A stretch of DNA of 64,000 bases from Patescibacteria group bacterium (GTDB lineage: Bacteria; Patescibacteriota; Microgenomatia; Levybacterales; UBA12049). Below, piece by piece: positions 38,207 to 46,973 of the stretch. Positions within the stretch are counted from its first letter, which is position 1. Every line of letters begins with the position of its first letter. The stretch is taken from contig JBBTVD010000006.1 of assembly GCA_038063415.1 (NCBI GenBank), positions 299,914 to 363,913 on the forward strand, given 5' to 3'. The translations under genes were made by a program, and so were the position numbers. Below the pieces are notes generated by a model. That model did no database searches. It was not told where the DNA came from and saw nothing but the letters and a program-made list of their open reading frames with translations.

Positions 38207-39196
38207 ATGTCTGACACACTTACTACTCTCCCTCCAGCAAAAGAAGAAACCGTCGGAAGTATTATGTCGACGAAGATACCAACTTGTCGGCCACATGATA
38301 CTCATGAAAATATCTTACAGCAACTCGCAGGAAACCATTGGGATAGTATCCATGATATTTATGTCGTAGACGCAAACGATAAGCTCGTTGGTTATCTTTC
38401 GCTACAAACCCTCTTGCAATCGAAAAAATCTACCTATGCGTCAACGCTTATGCAGCAAATAAGCTTTTCGCTCAAACCTGATGATGATCAGGAAAAAGCA
38501 GTGTTTCTTGCTGTCAAAGACGATATTATCCGTATCCCAGTCATTGACGAAGCAGGACGATTTGTTGGAGTTGTAAGTGCTCATGCCCTTATCAACGTTA
38601 TGCACGATGAACACTTGGAAGATAGCCTGCTTACAGCTGGTATCCATGGCAAGCACTCAAGTATTACCAAGCTTGCTACTTCTCGTATTGATCTTATTGT
38701 AAAAACACGCGCCCCTTGGTTACTCATTGGATTAACGGCAGCACTCTGTCTTGGATTTATTTCAAGTTGGTTTGAAGAATCTTTAACAAAAACTGTTGCA
38801 ATTGCCTACTTTATTCCGGTCGTTGCCTATATTGCAGATTCGGTAGGGACACAATCTGAAGCAATCGCGGTAAGAGCATTAGCTACTATGAAAATTAACT
38901 ACACGATTTATTTACTTAAGGAAATACTTGTAGGATTAATGCTTGGCGTACTTATTGGAATACTTGGAGGAATTGGCGCTGCTTTGATAGCAAACTCTAC
39001 GACAATTGGTATTGTTGTGGCCTTATCTCTTATGGTAGCGAGCACTGTAGCTTCGGTGCTAGCCTCTCTTATCCCAATACTTTTTAAGATCTTCGGGAAG
39101 GATCCAGCGCTTGGAAGTGGCCCACTCGCAACCGCCTTTCAAGATGTCATTAGTGTACTTGTTTACTTTTCTTTCGCAGTTGCGCTTATTGGCTAG
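38207..39196 (+). CDS. mgtE: MgtE magnesium transporter (CBS pair plus TM domain)
   Basis: VGSIMS CBS start, RAPWL, GTQS, DPALGSGPLATAFQD. Confidence 0.92.
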   Translation: MSDTLTTLPPAKEETVGSIMSTKIPTCRPHDTHENILQQLAGNHWDSIHDIYVVDANDKLVGYLSLQTLLQSKKSTYASTLMQQISFSLKPDDDQEKAVFLAVKDDIIRIPVIDEAGRFVGVVSAHALINVMHDEHLEDSLLTAGIHGKHSSITKLATSRIDLIVKTRAPWLLIGLTAALCLGFISSWFEESLTKTVAIAYFIPVVAYIADSVGTQSEAIAVRALATMKINYTIYLLKEILVGLMLGVLIGILGGIGAALIANSTTIGIVVALSLMVASTVASVLASLIPILFKIFGKDPALGSGPLATAFQDVISVLVYFSFAVALIG

Positions 39197-39206
39197 CGAT
39201 GTTACT

Positions 39207-40130
39207 TTACGAAACGAGTTTAATACTTCCGTCTTCTTTTGCTATAAATCCCTCTCTCACTAGTTCTGCGACTAAGTTTTGTAGCCACGCTTCTTCATCT
39301 ACCGCATAGTCTTGTTTTATCAATGGTCCTACTTCGTTTATCTTCAGCTGTTTTTTTTGCAAGAGAAGCTTGAGTATTTGCCCTCGATAGTACCTGTGTG
39401 AACCCACAAATTTTGATTGTTTTGGAACTGCTATTTTTTCTTTTTTAAGCACAGATCCTGCATAATCCATCAGTGCCTGATTCCATTCATATGCTTGACC
39501 AGCAGGAAGTAATTGTATGGCAATTTCTTCAATCTCTTTATCCGTCATTCTGGCTCCCGCCTGCAGCGCGTTGCTTTGCATTGCGGGCAGGTGTCCAGAA
39601 TCCGGATTCTGGAGTCGTCCTTCGTCCTCCCCAGAATGACGCTTCATTGCAATCTGTGTCAAAATAACTTTTCTTACATTCGTATCAACCACCACCACTT
39701 GTTGATTAAAGGCAAAACAAAGCATGGCTCGGGCAGTATACGAACCAATGCCCGGCAGCAAAAGCAGTTCAGTTTCTTCTTGAGGAAATTTTCCCTGATA
39801 TTTTTTAACGATAACTTCTGCAGTCTTTTTAAGGTTAAGTACTCGTCGGTTATAACCAAGTCCTGACCAGTATGTGAGGACATCGGCCACTGATGCCTCT
39901 GCTACGTGAGAAACGGTAGGAAATTTCTTTATCCATGCTTCATATTTTGGTATTACGCGATCAATTTGAGTCTGTTGACTCATAACCTCTGAAATAAGAA
40001 TTTTGTACGGATCGCGCAATTGCAAACCCTCGTCAAAAGGCAATGCTCGCCAGGGCAATATTCGCTTGTTTTCTGTATACCAGGTAAGTATTTTCTGTCG
40101 GAAATCTGTAACCTCTTTTGCTGAAAGCAT
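39207..40130 (-). CDS. mutY: MutY-like HhH-GPD glycosylase lacking Fe-S cysteines, with an in-frame palindromic insert
   Basis: R.LPWR, SEVMSQQTQ, WSGLGYNRR, LPGIGSYTA, VDTNVR; ATG at 40130. Confidence 0.88.
   Translation of the reverse strand: MLSAKEVTDFRQKILTWYTENKRILPWRALPFDEGLQLRDPYKILISEVMSQQTQIDRVIPKYEAWIKKFPTVSHVAEASVADVLTYWSGLGYNRRVLNLKKTAEVIVKKYQGKFPQEETELLLLPGIGSYTARAMLCFAFNQQVVVVDTNVRKVILTQIAMKRHSGEDEGRLQNPDSGHLPAMQSNALQAGARMTDKEIEEIAIQLLPAGQAYEWNQALMDYAGSVLKKEKIAVPKQSKFVGSHRYYRGQILKLLLQKKQLKINEVGPLIKQDYAVDEEAWLQNLVAELVREGFIAKEDGSIKLVS
39543..39641 (-). repeat. Palindromic element, subfamily A (99 bp), with a nested 36-bp palindrome, in-frame in mutY
   Basis: CGTCATTCTGG/CCAGAATGACG terminal IR; nested 39556-39591 is identical to 30528-30563. 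Confidence 0.93.
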
Positions 40131-40166
40131 GCAGCTATTATAGCAATCATTTGGTATACTTACTGC

Positions 40167-40943
40167 ATGCAACTCTCGATTCTCCAACTAAATATCAATG
40201 CTGATAACTTTTGGGATCGCTTAACTGCGTTTTTAAAAACACAGAATTTTGATATTCTTCAGTTACAGGAAGTTACAGGAAAAGATCTCATTGGTGGCAA
40301 TATGAATACCAAGATCGATTGTTACCAAGAACTACAAGCATTATTGAGTTCAAGGTATGAAAGTGCCATGGCGATTACGGAATGGTTTAGTTCAAGTCCA
40401 CAGACTGCCTATTTTGGTAACGCAACCTTTTACAAAAAAGATTTCACTCTTGTTGAAAAAACCATTGTACCCCTTCATAAGAGACAAGCACCTTTTCCTT
40501 CAGATGCAAAAACATTTGAAGATGTAAGCAAATCTATTCTCCATGTAACACTTACTATTAATGGAAAAAATATCTCTTTTCTGAATACTCATCTTGCCTG
40601 GGGGCCAACTCCAGAAGAACATCCCCATCAAACAGAACAAGGAGAAAAACTTATAGAATATCTTAAAGCAGTTCCCTCACCTTTTATCTTCACCGGAGAT
40701 TTTAACCTTGATCCCAACCAACCAACTATCCATCGTATAGAAACCATCGCAAGAAATCTTACTCGAGAAAATAATATCACTAATACCCTTAATCCTCGTT
40801 TGCATAAAGTAAAACATCTTTTCCCTCCAGGGGTTGCGGTTGACTATATCTTTGTCAGTCCAGATATTGAGGTAAAAGATTTTACGGTTTTAGAAGAAGA
40901 TTTGTCTGATCATTTGGGACTGACGGCAACAATTGAGGTTTAA
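40167..40943 (+). CDS. Endonuclease/exonuclease/phosphatase family protein
   Basis: LN, LQEV, NTHL, GDFN, DYIF, SDH. Confidence 0.9.
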   Translation: MQLSILQLNINADNFWDRLTAFLKTQNFDILQLQEVTGKDLIGGNMNTKIDCYQELQALLSSRYESAMAITEWFSSSPQTAYFGNATFYKKDFTLVEKTIVPLHKRQAPFPSDAKTFEDVSKSILHVTLTINGKNISFLNTHLAWGPTPEEHPHQTEQGEKLIEYLKAVPSPFIFTGDFNLDPNQPTIHRIETIARNLTRENNITNTLNPRLHKVKHLFPPGVAVDYIFVSPDIEVKDFTVLEEDLSDHLGLTATIEV

Positions 40944-40946
40944 TAA

Positions 40947-41966
40947 CTAATACACGAAATGAAGTGCCTGCTTGACACTTTTAAGAACTGCTTGTGCTTC
41001 TTCTTTTGTTTTTGTTGTTCCAGAATGCAAAATCTCCAATAGCTTTTTCTCATCATGGTACTGTTTTCGCCTTTCACGAATTGGTGCCAAAAATGCTTCA
41101 AGCACCGTAATCAAATATTTTTTTACTTCCACATCTCCTACTGTTCCTTTTATATACCGTTCTTTATATTCTGCTATTTGTGCTTCGTGTTCTTTTTTTC
41201 CGAAGGAATCAAGATAAATAAAGAGTGGATTTCCTTCAACTTTCCCTGGATCGGTGGCGTGAATTCTGTTAGGATCAGTATACATACTCATCACTTTTTC
41301 TTTCACCTCCTCAGGAGTTGATGAAAGATAAATAGTATTACCAAGACTCTTACTCATTTTAGGATTGCCATCAGTACCAATAAGCTTGCCTACCCTACCT
41401 ATCAATGCTTGTGGTTCCGGAAAAATATCATTGTATCCTTGTTTCTTTGCAAGTGAATTAAATACTCTAGCAACTTCCCGCGATTGCTCCAAATGCGCTT
41501 CTTGATCAATGCCAACGGGAACCAGATCTCCTCGAACGCAAAGAATATCTGCCGCTTGAAACATTGGATAGTTGACAAATCCGAGACTGAATTGATCTCC
41601 TAACCCCTTCATCGTGATTTCATCTTTGATGGTGGGGTTACGAAGTGCCCGATTGTGTGAGACATACATGGAGAAAAGCGATGCCAACTCATAAATTTCA
41701 GGAATTTCTGACTCTACATGATATACAACATTATCTTCTGAAAGCCCAACAGCAAGCAGATCAAGTAACACATCAAGGGTATGCTGTCTGACAATATCTG
41801 CTTTTTGACTTAATGTCGTGAGTGCGTGAGTATCGGCAAGAAGTAAAAATGTTTGATATTCACTTTGTAACTTGAGCAAATTCTCCAGATTACCAACATA
41901 ATGCCCAAGATGTAACTTCCCTGTTGGAGTGAAACCAGTCAAAATTCTTTTTTTAACTTTATCCAT
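40947..41966 (-). CDS. trpS: Tryptophan--tRNA ligase
   Basis: HLGH, YPMFQAADIL, VPVGIDQ, KMSKS. Confidence 0.97.
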   Translation of the reverse strand: MDKVKKRILTGFTPTGKLHLGHYVGNLENLLKLQSEYQTFLLLADTHALTTLSQKADIVRQHTLDVLLDLLAVGLSEDNVVYHVESEIPEIYELASLFSMYVSHNRALRNPTIKDEITMKGLGDQFSLGFVNYPMFQAADILCVRGDLVPVGIDQEAHLEQSREVARVFNSLAKKQGYNDIFPEPQALIGRVGKLIGTDGNPKMSKSLGNTIYLSSTPEEVKEKVMSMYTDPNRIHATDPGKVEGNPLFIYLDSFGKKEHEAQIAEYKERYIKGTVGDVEVKKYLITVLEAFLAPIRERRKQYHDEKKLLEILHSGTTKTKEEAQAVLKSVKQALHFVY

Positions 41967-41975
41967 AGTTCTCCT

Positions 41976-42770
41976 TTATTTTACCACGTTTAGACTACGC
42001 AAAAAATGACGAATTTCCTTCTCTCTCTCTTTCTCGGAAGACTGTCTGATGATATCAACGATCGCACTTCCAATGACAGCAACATCTGCTTGTCCGGCAA
42101 TCATTTTCACACGCTCTTTGCTTGAGATACCAAACCCTACCGCAAGAGGAAGAGCAAGATATTTTTTTACTCGCTTGAGGAATGTAGCAATTTCAGGCGC
42201 AAGTCCCTTCGTGGCATCCGTCGTCCCTTGCCGCGCTGTCGCATAAATAAATCCCGTTGCCATAGCGGCATTTTTACGCAAGCGTTCATCGGTCGATGCT
42301 GGTGAAATAACATGAATGGCGTGCAAATCGTACTTTTTGCACAATGCATAAAAATGCTCATGTGATTCTTCATCAATTGGCATGTCTGGGACAATAAGCC
42401 CGGAAATCCCAACTACTGCGGCATCGCGACAGAACTTCTCAACGCCATAGCGAAAAACCGTATTGTAATAGGCCATAAAAAGTAATGGAATTCCAATTTC
42501 TCCTGCAAGCGATCGTACCAAATCGAACGCATCCTTTACTTTTGTTCCATGAGCAAGGGATTCTTCACAAGCCTGCATAATCGTCGGACCATCGGCGAGA
42601 GGATCGGAAAAGGGAATTTGTAATTCGACAAAATCCACTCCTTCTTCTGCCATCACTCGAACAATCTTTTTGGTTTCAAGAAGCGTTGGATAACCAACAA
42701 TCACATGCGTCATGAGTCCCATCTTTTTACTTTTTTTGATCTTTTGTATTTGATTTTCAATGGTATTCAT
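41976..42770 (-). CDS. trpA: Tryptophan synthase alpha subunit
   Basis: ELQIPFSDPLADGPTI, VGFGIS. Confidence 0.97.
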   Translation of the reverse strand: MNTIENQIQKIKKSKKMGLMTHVIVGYPTLLETKKIVRVMAEEGVDFVELQIPFSDPLADGPTIMQACEESLAHGTKVKDAFDLVRSLAGEIGIPLLFMAYYNTVFRYGVEKFCRDAAVVGISGLIVPDMPIDEESHEHFYALCKKYDLHAIHVISPASTDERLRKNAAMATGFIYATARQGTTDATKGLAPEIATFLKRVKKYLALPLAVGFGISSKERVKMIAGQADVAVIGSAIVDIIRQSSEKEREKEIRHFLRSLNVVK

Positions 42771-42772
42771 AG

Positions 42773-43987
42773 CTAATATTCCTGTTCTATTTCTTTTTTC
42801 ATAAATGCATAAAACTTTTTGTCATTCATTGCCCGAGTAAGAATAAATAAATCCTTGTCCCCTCTTCCTGAGACATTCACCACAATCACTTTTTCTTTTG
42901 AAAGGGTTGGGGCAAGTTTCATTGCATACGATACTGCATGTGCTGATTCAAGTGCGGGCAGTATTCCCTCTGTTTTAGCAAGTGTCTGTACTGCAGTGAT
43001 AACATCACGGTCTGTAGCAGAAGCCATCTGTAGTCGTCCCTTATCATGCAAGTAGGCAAGCTCTGGACCAACCCCTGCATAATCAAGGCCAGCGGAAATA
43101 CTATGCGTTTTTTGTATTTGCCCATCACTATCTTGTAAGAAATACGTCTTGTACCCTTCAATAACGCCAATGCTTCCTCCTGCAAATCGTGATGCATGTT
43201 CGCCTATCGCTTTTCCTCGTCCCCCTGCTTCAACACCGATTAATTGTACTGATTCTTCTTTTACAAATTCGTGAAACGCACCCATTGCGTTACTTCCACC
43301 ACCAACACAAGCAATCACATAGTCTGGTAGTCTCTTTTCAAACTCCTTTACTTGTTTTCGTATCTCCTCTCCAACAATTGACTGAAAATTACGGTTCATC
43401 GTAGGATACGGATGTGGCCCCACCACTGATCCTATAACAGCATGGGTATCTTTTACATTTTCTATCCAGTCTTTTATTTCTGCGTTCACCGCATCTTTGA
43501 GTGTACGACTACCAAAAGAAACGGGTACGACTGTTGCTCCTAGTTGCTCCATCAAAAAAACGTTTGGTCGCTGTCTGGCAACATCTACTTCTCCCATGTA
43601 TACGGTACAAGAAAATCCAAATTTTGCAGCAACAATTGCCGTGGCGACACCATGCATACCAGCTCCAGTATCCGCAATCAACCTTTTCTTTCCCATGCGC
43701 TTGGCAATAAGTGCTTGACCAACACAATGGGTAATCTTATGCGCACCTCCATGATTCAATCCTTCATTCTTTAAATAAATTTTTGCCCCACCCAATTGCT
43801 CCGTCAGATTTTCCGCAAAAACCAATGGCGTTGGCCGACCAACATAGGTACGTAGATAGTGCAAAAATTCTTTATGAAATGCCTTGTCCTTTTTTGCAGC
43901 ACGATAGACAGACTCCAGCTCTTCCAAGGCTGGAATTAACGCTTCGGGGACATAGCGCCCTCCATATTTACCAAAATGAGATTTCAT
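42773..43987 (-). CDS. trpB: Tryptophan synthase beta subunit
   Basis: GAHKI, CVGGGSNA, HSISAGLDY, SGRGDKD. Confidence 0.97.
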   Translation of the reverse strand: MKSHFGKYGGRYVPEALIPALEELESVYRAAKKDKAFHKEFLHYLRTYVGRPTPLVFAENLTEQLGGAKIYLKNEGLNHGGAHKITHCVGQALIAKRMGKKRLIADTGAGMHGVATAIVAAKFGFSCTVYMGEVDVARQRPNVFLMEQLGATVVPVSFGSRTLKDAVNAEIKDWIENVKDTHAVIGSVVGPHPYPTMNRNFQSIVGEEIRKQVKEFEKRLPDYVIACVGGGSNAMGAFHEFVKEESVQLIGVEAGGRGKAIGEHASRFAGGSIGVIEGYKTYFLQDSDGQIQKTHSISAGLDYAGVGPELAYLHDKGRLQMASATDRDVITAVQTLAKTEGILPALESAHAVSYAMKLAPTLSKEKVIVVNVSGRGDKDLFILTRAMNDKKFYAFMKKEIEQEY

Positions 43988-44580
43988 AAAAGTACTCCTT
44001 TTGCATTGGCAATAAATTCTTCTATCTTCTCAACATCTTCCACCCCGTTTGTTTCAATGCCACCCGCAACATCAACGGCAAATGGCTTCACTGTGGAAAC
44101 AATTTCTGTAACGTTTTCTGGGGTTAACCCACCAGCAAAGAATATTTCATGTTTTTCGCCAATCTTCTTTGCTTTTTCAAGATCGATCACTTTTCCTTTG
44201 CCTTGTATCGATCGATCAAGCAAGTAAAACGAGACTAAATCATTCTCTTCAATTTCGTCATCTATATCTATTTTTTTAATAATATTGTTTTTTATTTTTT
44301 GCATATAGGCTATGTCTTCTTCTCCGTGTAACTGAACATAATCTAATTTTGCAATCTCTGCCATCTCATTAACATACTCTGGATTTGCATTTTGAAAGAT
44401 GCCGACAAGTTTAATATCTCCTAGAATCATCCCAATAATCTCTTGTGCTTTTTGAGGTTCAATATATCTTTTTGATGAAGGCATGAAATTAAATCCAATA
44501 AAATCCGCTCCTGCATTAATTGCAGCAAGCGCACTTTTTTCACTTCGTATCCCACAAATTTTTACTTTAACTGTATTCAT
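43984..44580 (-). CDS. trpF: Phosphoribosylanthranilate isomerase
   Basis: KICGI, VQLHGEE, AGGLTPENV. Confidence 0.95.
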   Translation of the reverse strand: MNTVKVKICGIRSEKSALAAINAGADFIGFNFMPSSKRYIEPQKAQEIIGMILGDIKLVGIFQNANPEYVNEMAEIAKLDYVQLHGEEDIAYMQKIKNNIIKKIDIDDEIEENDLVSFYLLDRSIQGKGKVIDLEKAKKIGEKHEIFFAGGLTPENVTEIVSTVKPFAVDVAGGIETNGVEDVEKIEEFIANAKGVLL

Positions 44581-45374
44581 AATAATTTTTGAATAAAATC
44601 TTGTATGTTCTTTGCTTGCATCAGACTTGTACCAACCAATACCCCATGCGCTCCTGCCTTTTTATATAGTATAACTTCTTTTGCTGAATGAATACCTGAA
44701 AAACCTAATGTTATAAAGCTATCAGGAACTTTCTTTAGTAACGCACAAGCAGTTTCAACAGAAACAATAAAGGTATCAAGATCACGAGCATTTACAGCGA
44801 TGATATCGGTGTCTGTAGTAAGAGCTTTTTTCAAATCTTCTTCACTGGCAATCTCGACAACTGGATCCATCCCTAATTCTTTTGTGAGCAAAACAAACCG
44901 TTGTAATGTTTCTTTATCAACTAACCGGGCAATAAGAAGCAGTGCATCAGAACCAATTGCTTTTGCTTCATAAATTTGTGAACGATCAATCACAAAATCT
45001 TTTTGTAATACAGGTAAAGAAACAACTTCTTTTACTTGTGTCACAAAGGATGGATCGCCCTTAAAAAAATGTTTTTCTGTAATGATAGAAATAGCACTTG
45101 CTCTGGCCTGCTCGTACCGTCTCACACGATCCAATAATTGTTCAGAAGAATCAAGATTTGGATTTGTTGGGGAAGCAAATTTTACTTCAGCAATAAGAGC
45201 AATTCTTTTGTCATTCTGGAGCGAAGTACTAACGGAGCGATAGAATCTATTACTTGAGATCCTATCGTGGTCGCTGCCACTCCAGGATGACACATTTCCC
45301 CTTCCCCCTTTACGCTTTTCTCTTCTAAGATCTTCCTTCTTCTTCTCAATGATTTTGACTAACATATCATGCAT
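44577..45374 (-). CDS. trpC: Indole-3-glycerol phosphate synthase with a palindrome-derived N-terminal segment
   Basis: IAEVKFASP, LPVLQKDF, DALLLI, VNARDL, LVGTSLM. Confidence 0.93.
   Translation of the reverse strand: MHDMLVKIIEKKKEDLRREKRKGGRGNVSSWSGSDHDRISSNRFYRSVSTSLQNDKRIALIAEVKFASPTNPNLDSSEQLLDRVRRYEQARASAISIITEKHFFKGDPSFVTQVKEVVSLPVLQKDFVIDRSQIYEAKAIGSDALLLIARLVDKETLQRFVLLTKELGMDPVVEIASEEDLKKALTTDTDIIAVNARDLDTFIVSVETACALLKKVPDSFITLGFSGIHSAKEVILYKKAGAHGVLVGTSLMQAKNIQDFIQKLL
45209..45292. repeat. TGTC-tagged palindromic element (84 bp), in-frame in trpC
   Basis: TGTCATTCTGGAG..CGATAGAATCT-spacer-AGATCCTATCG..CTCCAGGATGACA. Confidence 0.88.
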
Positions 45375-46380
45375 ATTTATGTGTCTCCTTTATGAGATTT
45401 TCCAAAACCTTTTTTGCACGACCACTTGCAATTGATTCTTCAGCAAGCGTTATCCCAGAGGTAATATCATCCACTTTTCCAGCAGCATACAATGCAACAG
45501 CCGCGTTAAAGAGAACAATATCACGCTTTGGACCTGCCACTCCAGATAAAATGTCTTGTATCATTTGTGCATTTTCAGGTGCTGTTCCTCCGAGAAGATC
45601 TGTTGAGGGAACCCGAGTGAAGCCATACATTTCAGGACTAATAAATGATTGTTTACTGTTGATTCCGTCTATTGCAAACAGATGCGTTTTGGCTGAGAGA
45701 CTTACCTCATCCATACCATCTTCACTCGTAACCAATACGAGACGTTCATAGGGTAATTTCTTTGCAACTGCGTTCAGTCGTTTTGCAACCATGAGATCGG
45801 GAACTCCTATCAATTGGTTCTTTACTGACGCAGGATTAACAAAAGGCCCCAAGAAATTAAAAATAGTCCGTATGCCAAGTTCTTTTCGCACGGAGGCAAC
45901 ATGCTTCAGTGCTGGATGAAAAGCAGGAGCAAAAAGGAAAACCATTCCTATCTTAGCGAAAACCTCTTCTGCTTGTTGAGGAGTTAATTGGATATGCACT
46001 CCCAATGCTTCAAGGACATCCGCACTACCGCATTTACTACTTGCCGCCCGGTTACCATGTTTGGCAATTTTTATGCCTGCTCCTGCCACGACAAAAGCAA
46101 CTGCTGTTGAGATATTAAAGGTGTTACTGCCATCACCACCGGTACCACAAACATCAAGCGCATCTGGAAGATTTACTGGAAGCATATGTTCTCGCATCAC
46201 GTGAATCAAGCCAAGTATTTCATCTGTTGTCTCACCCTTTATCCGCAATGCAACCAAAATCGCTGCAAGTTGAATAGAACTAATGTCACCGTTTAGCACC
46301 GCGTCAAAAAATTCCTTGGTTTCATCAAGTGTGAGATTCTTATTTTCTATCAATTTGTTTAGTGTCTGTGTGTTATTCAT
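45367..46380 (-). CDS. trpD: Anthranilate phosphoribosyltransferase
   Basis: CGTGGDG.NTFNIST, KHGNR. Confidence 0.97.
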   Translation of the reverse strand: MNNTQTLNKLIENKNLTLDETKEFFDAVLNGDISSIQLAAILVALRIKGETTDEILGLIHVMREHMLPVNLPDALDVCGTGGDGSNTFNISTAVAFVVAGAGIKIAKHGNRAASSKCGSADVLEALGVHIQLTPQQAEEVFAKIGMVFLFAPAFHPALKHVASVRKELGIRTIFNFLGPFVNPASVKNQLIGVPDLMVAKRLNAVAKKLPYERLVLVTSEDGMDEVSLSAKTHLFAIDGINSKQSFISPEMYGFTRVPSTDLLGGTAPENAQMIQDILSGVAGPKRDIVLFNAAVALYAAGKVDDITSGITLAEESIASGRAKKVLENLIKETHKYA

Positions 46381-46972
46381 GATATAAAAAGTTCTCTAGC
46401 ATTTTCTTCCCTCCCTCGGTCGCAAAAGACTCTGGATGAAATTGTATGCCCTCAATTGGATAGTGTGTATGACGAATCCCCATAATTTCATCGGTATCTT
46501 CAGATCGAGCCGTTATGATTAAATCCTTAGGAAGTGATTTCTCCTCAACGATTAAAGAATGATAACGCATCGTCTGGATATGCTGAGGAAGTCCAGTAAA
46601 AACACCTTTTTTATCATGAACTACCGAACTCGTTTTCCCATGCATTGGCACTTTTGCACGCACGACTTTCCCACCAAAGTAATGCGCTATTCCTTGCATA
46701 CCAAGACACACACCAAGAACCGGCGTTTGTCTGCCAAGCTGCAAGATAACATCCGCACAAACCCCAAAATATGCCTTGTCACTTGGATCGCCTGGTCCCG
46801 GAGAGATAATAATCCTGTCATATGTTCTTTTTTCAATTTCAGCAAGAGTTATCTCATCATTTCGGATAACATCTACGGTAAAATCTTTTTCTTTTTTCAT
46901 TAATAACTCTCCTAGATATTGATAGAGGTTATAGGTAAAAGAATCGTAGTTGTCGATAAGTAAAACTTTCAT
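46373..46972 (-). CDS. trpG: Anthranilate synthase component II
   Basis: IDNYDSFTYNL, SPGPG, GVCLG, QFHPES. Confidence 0.96.
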   Translation of the reverse strand: MKVLLIDNYDSFTYNLYQYLGELLMKKEKDFTVDVIRNDEITLAEIEKRTYDRIIISPGPGDPSDKAYFGVCADVILQLGRQTPVLGVCLGMQGIAHYFGGKVVRAKVPMHGKTSSVVHDKKGVFTGLPQHIQTMRYHSLIVEEKSLPKDLIITARSEDTDEIMGIRHTHYPIEGIQFHPESFATEGGKKMLENFLYHE

Positions 46973-46973
46973 A

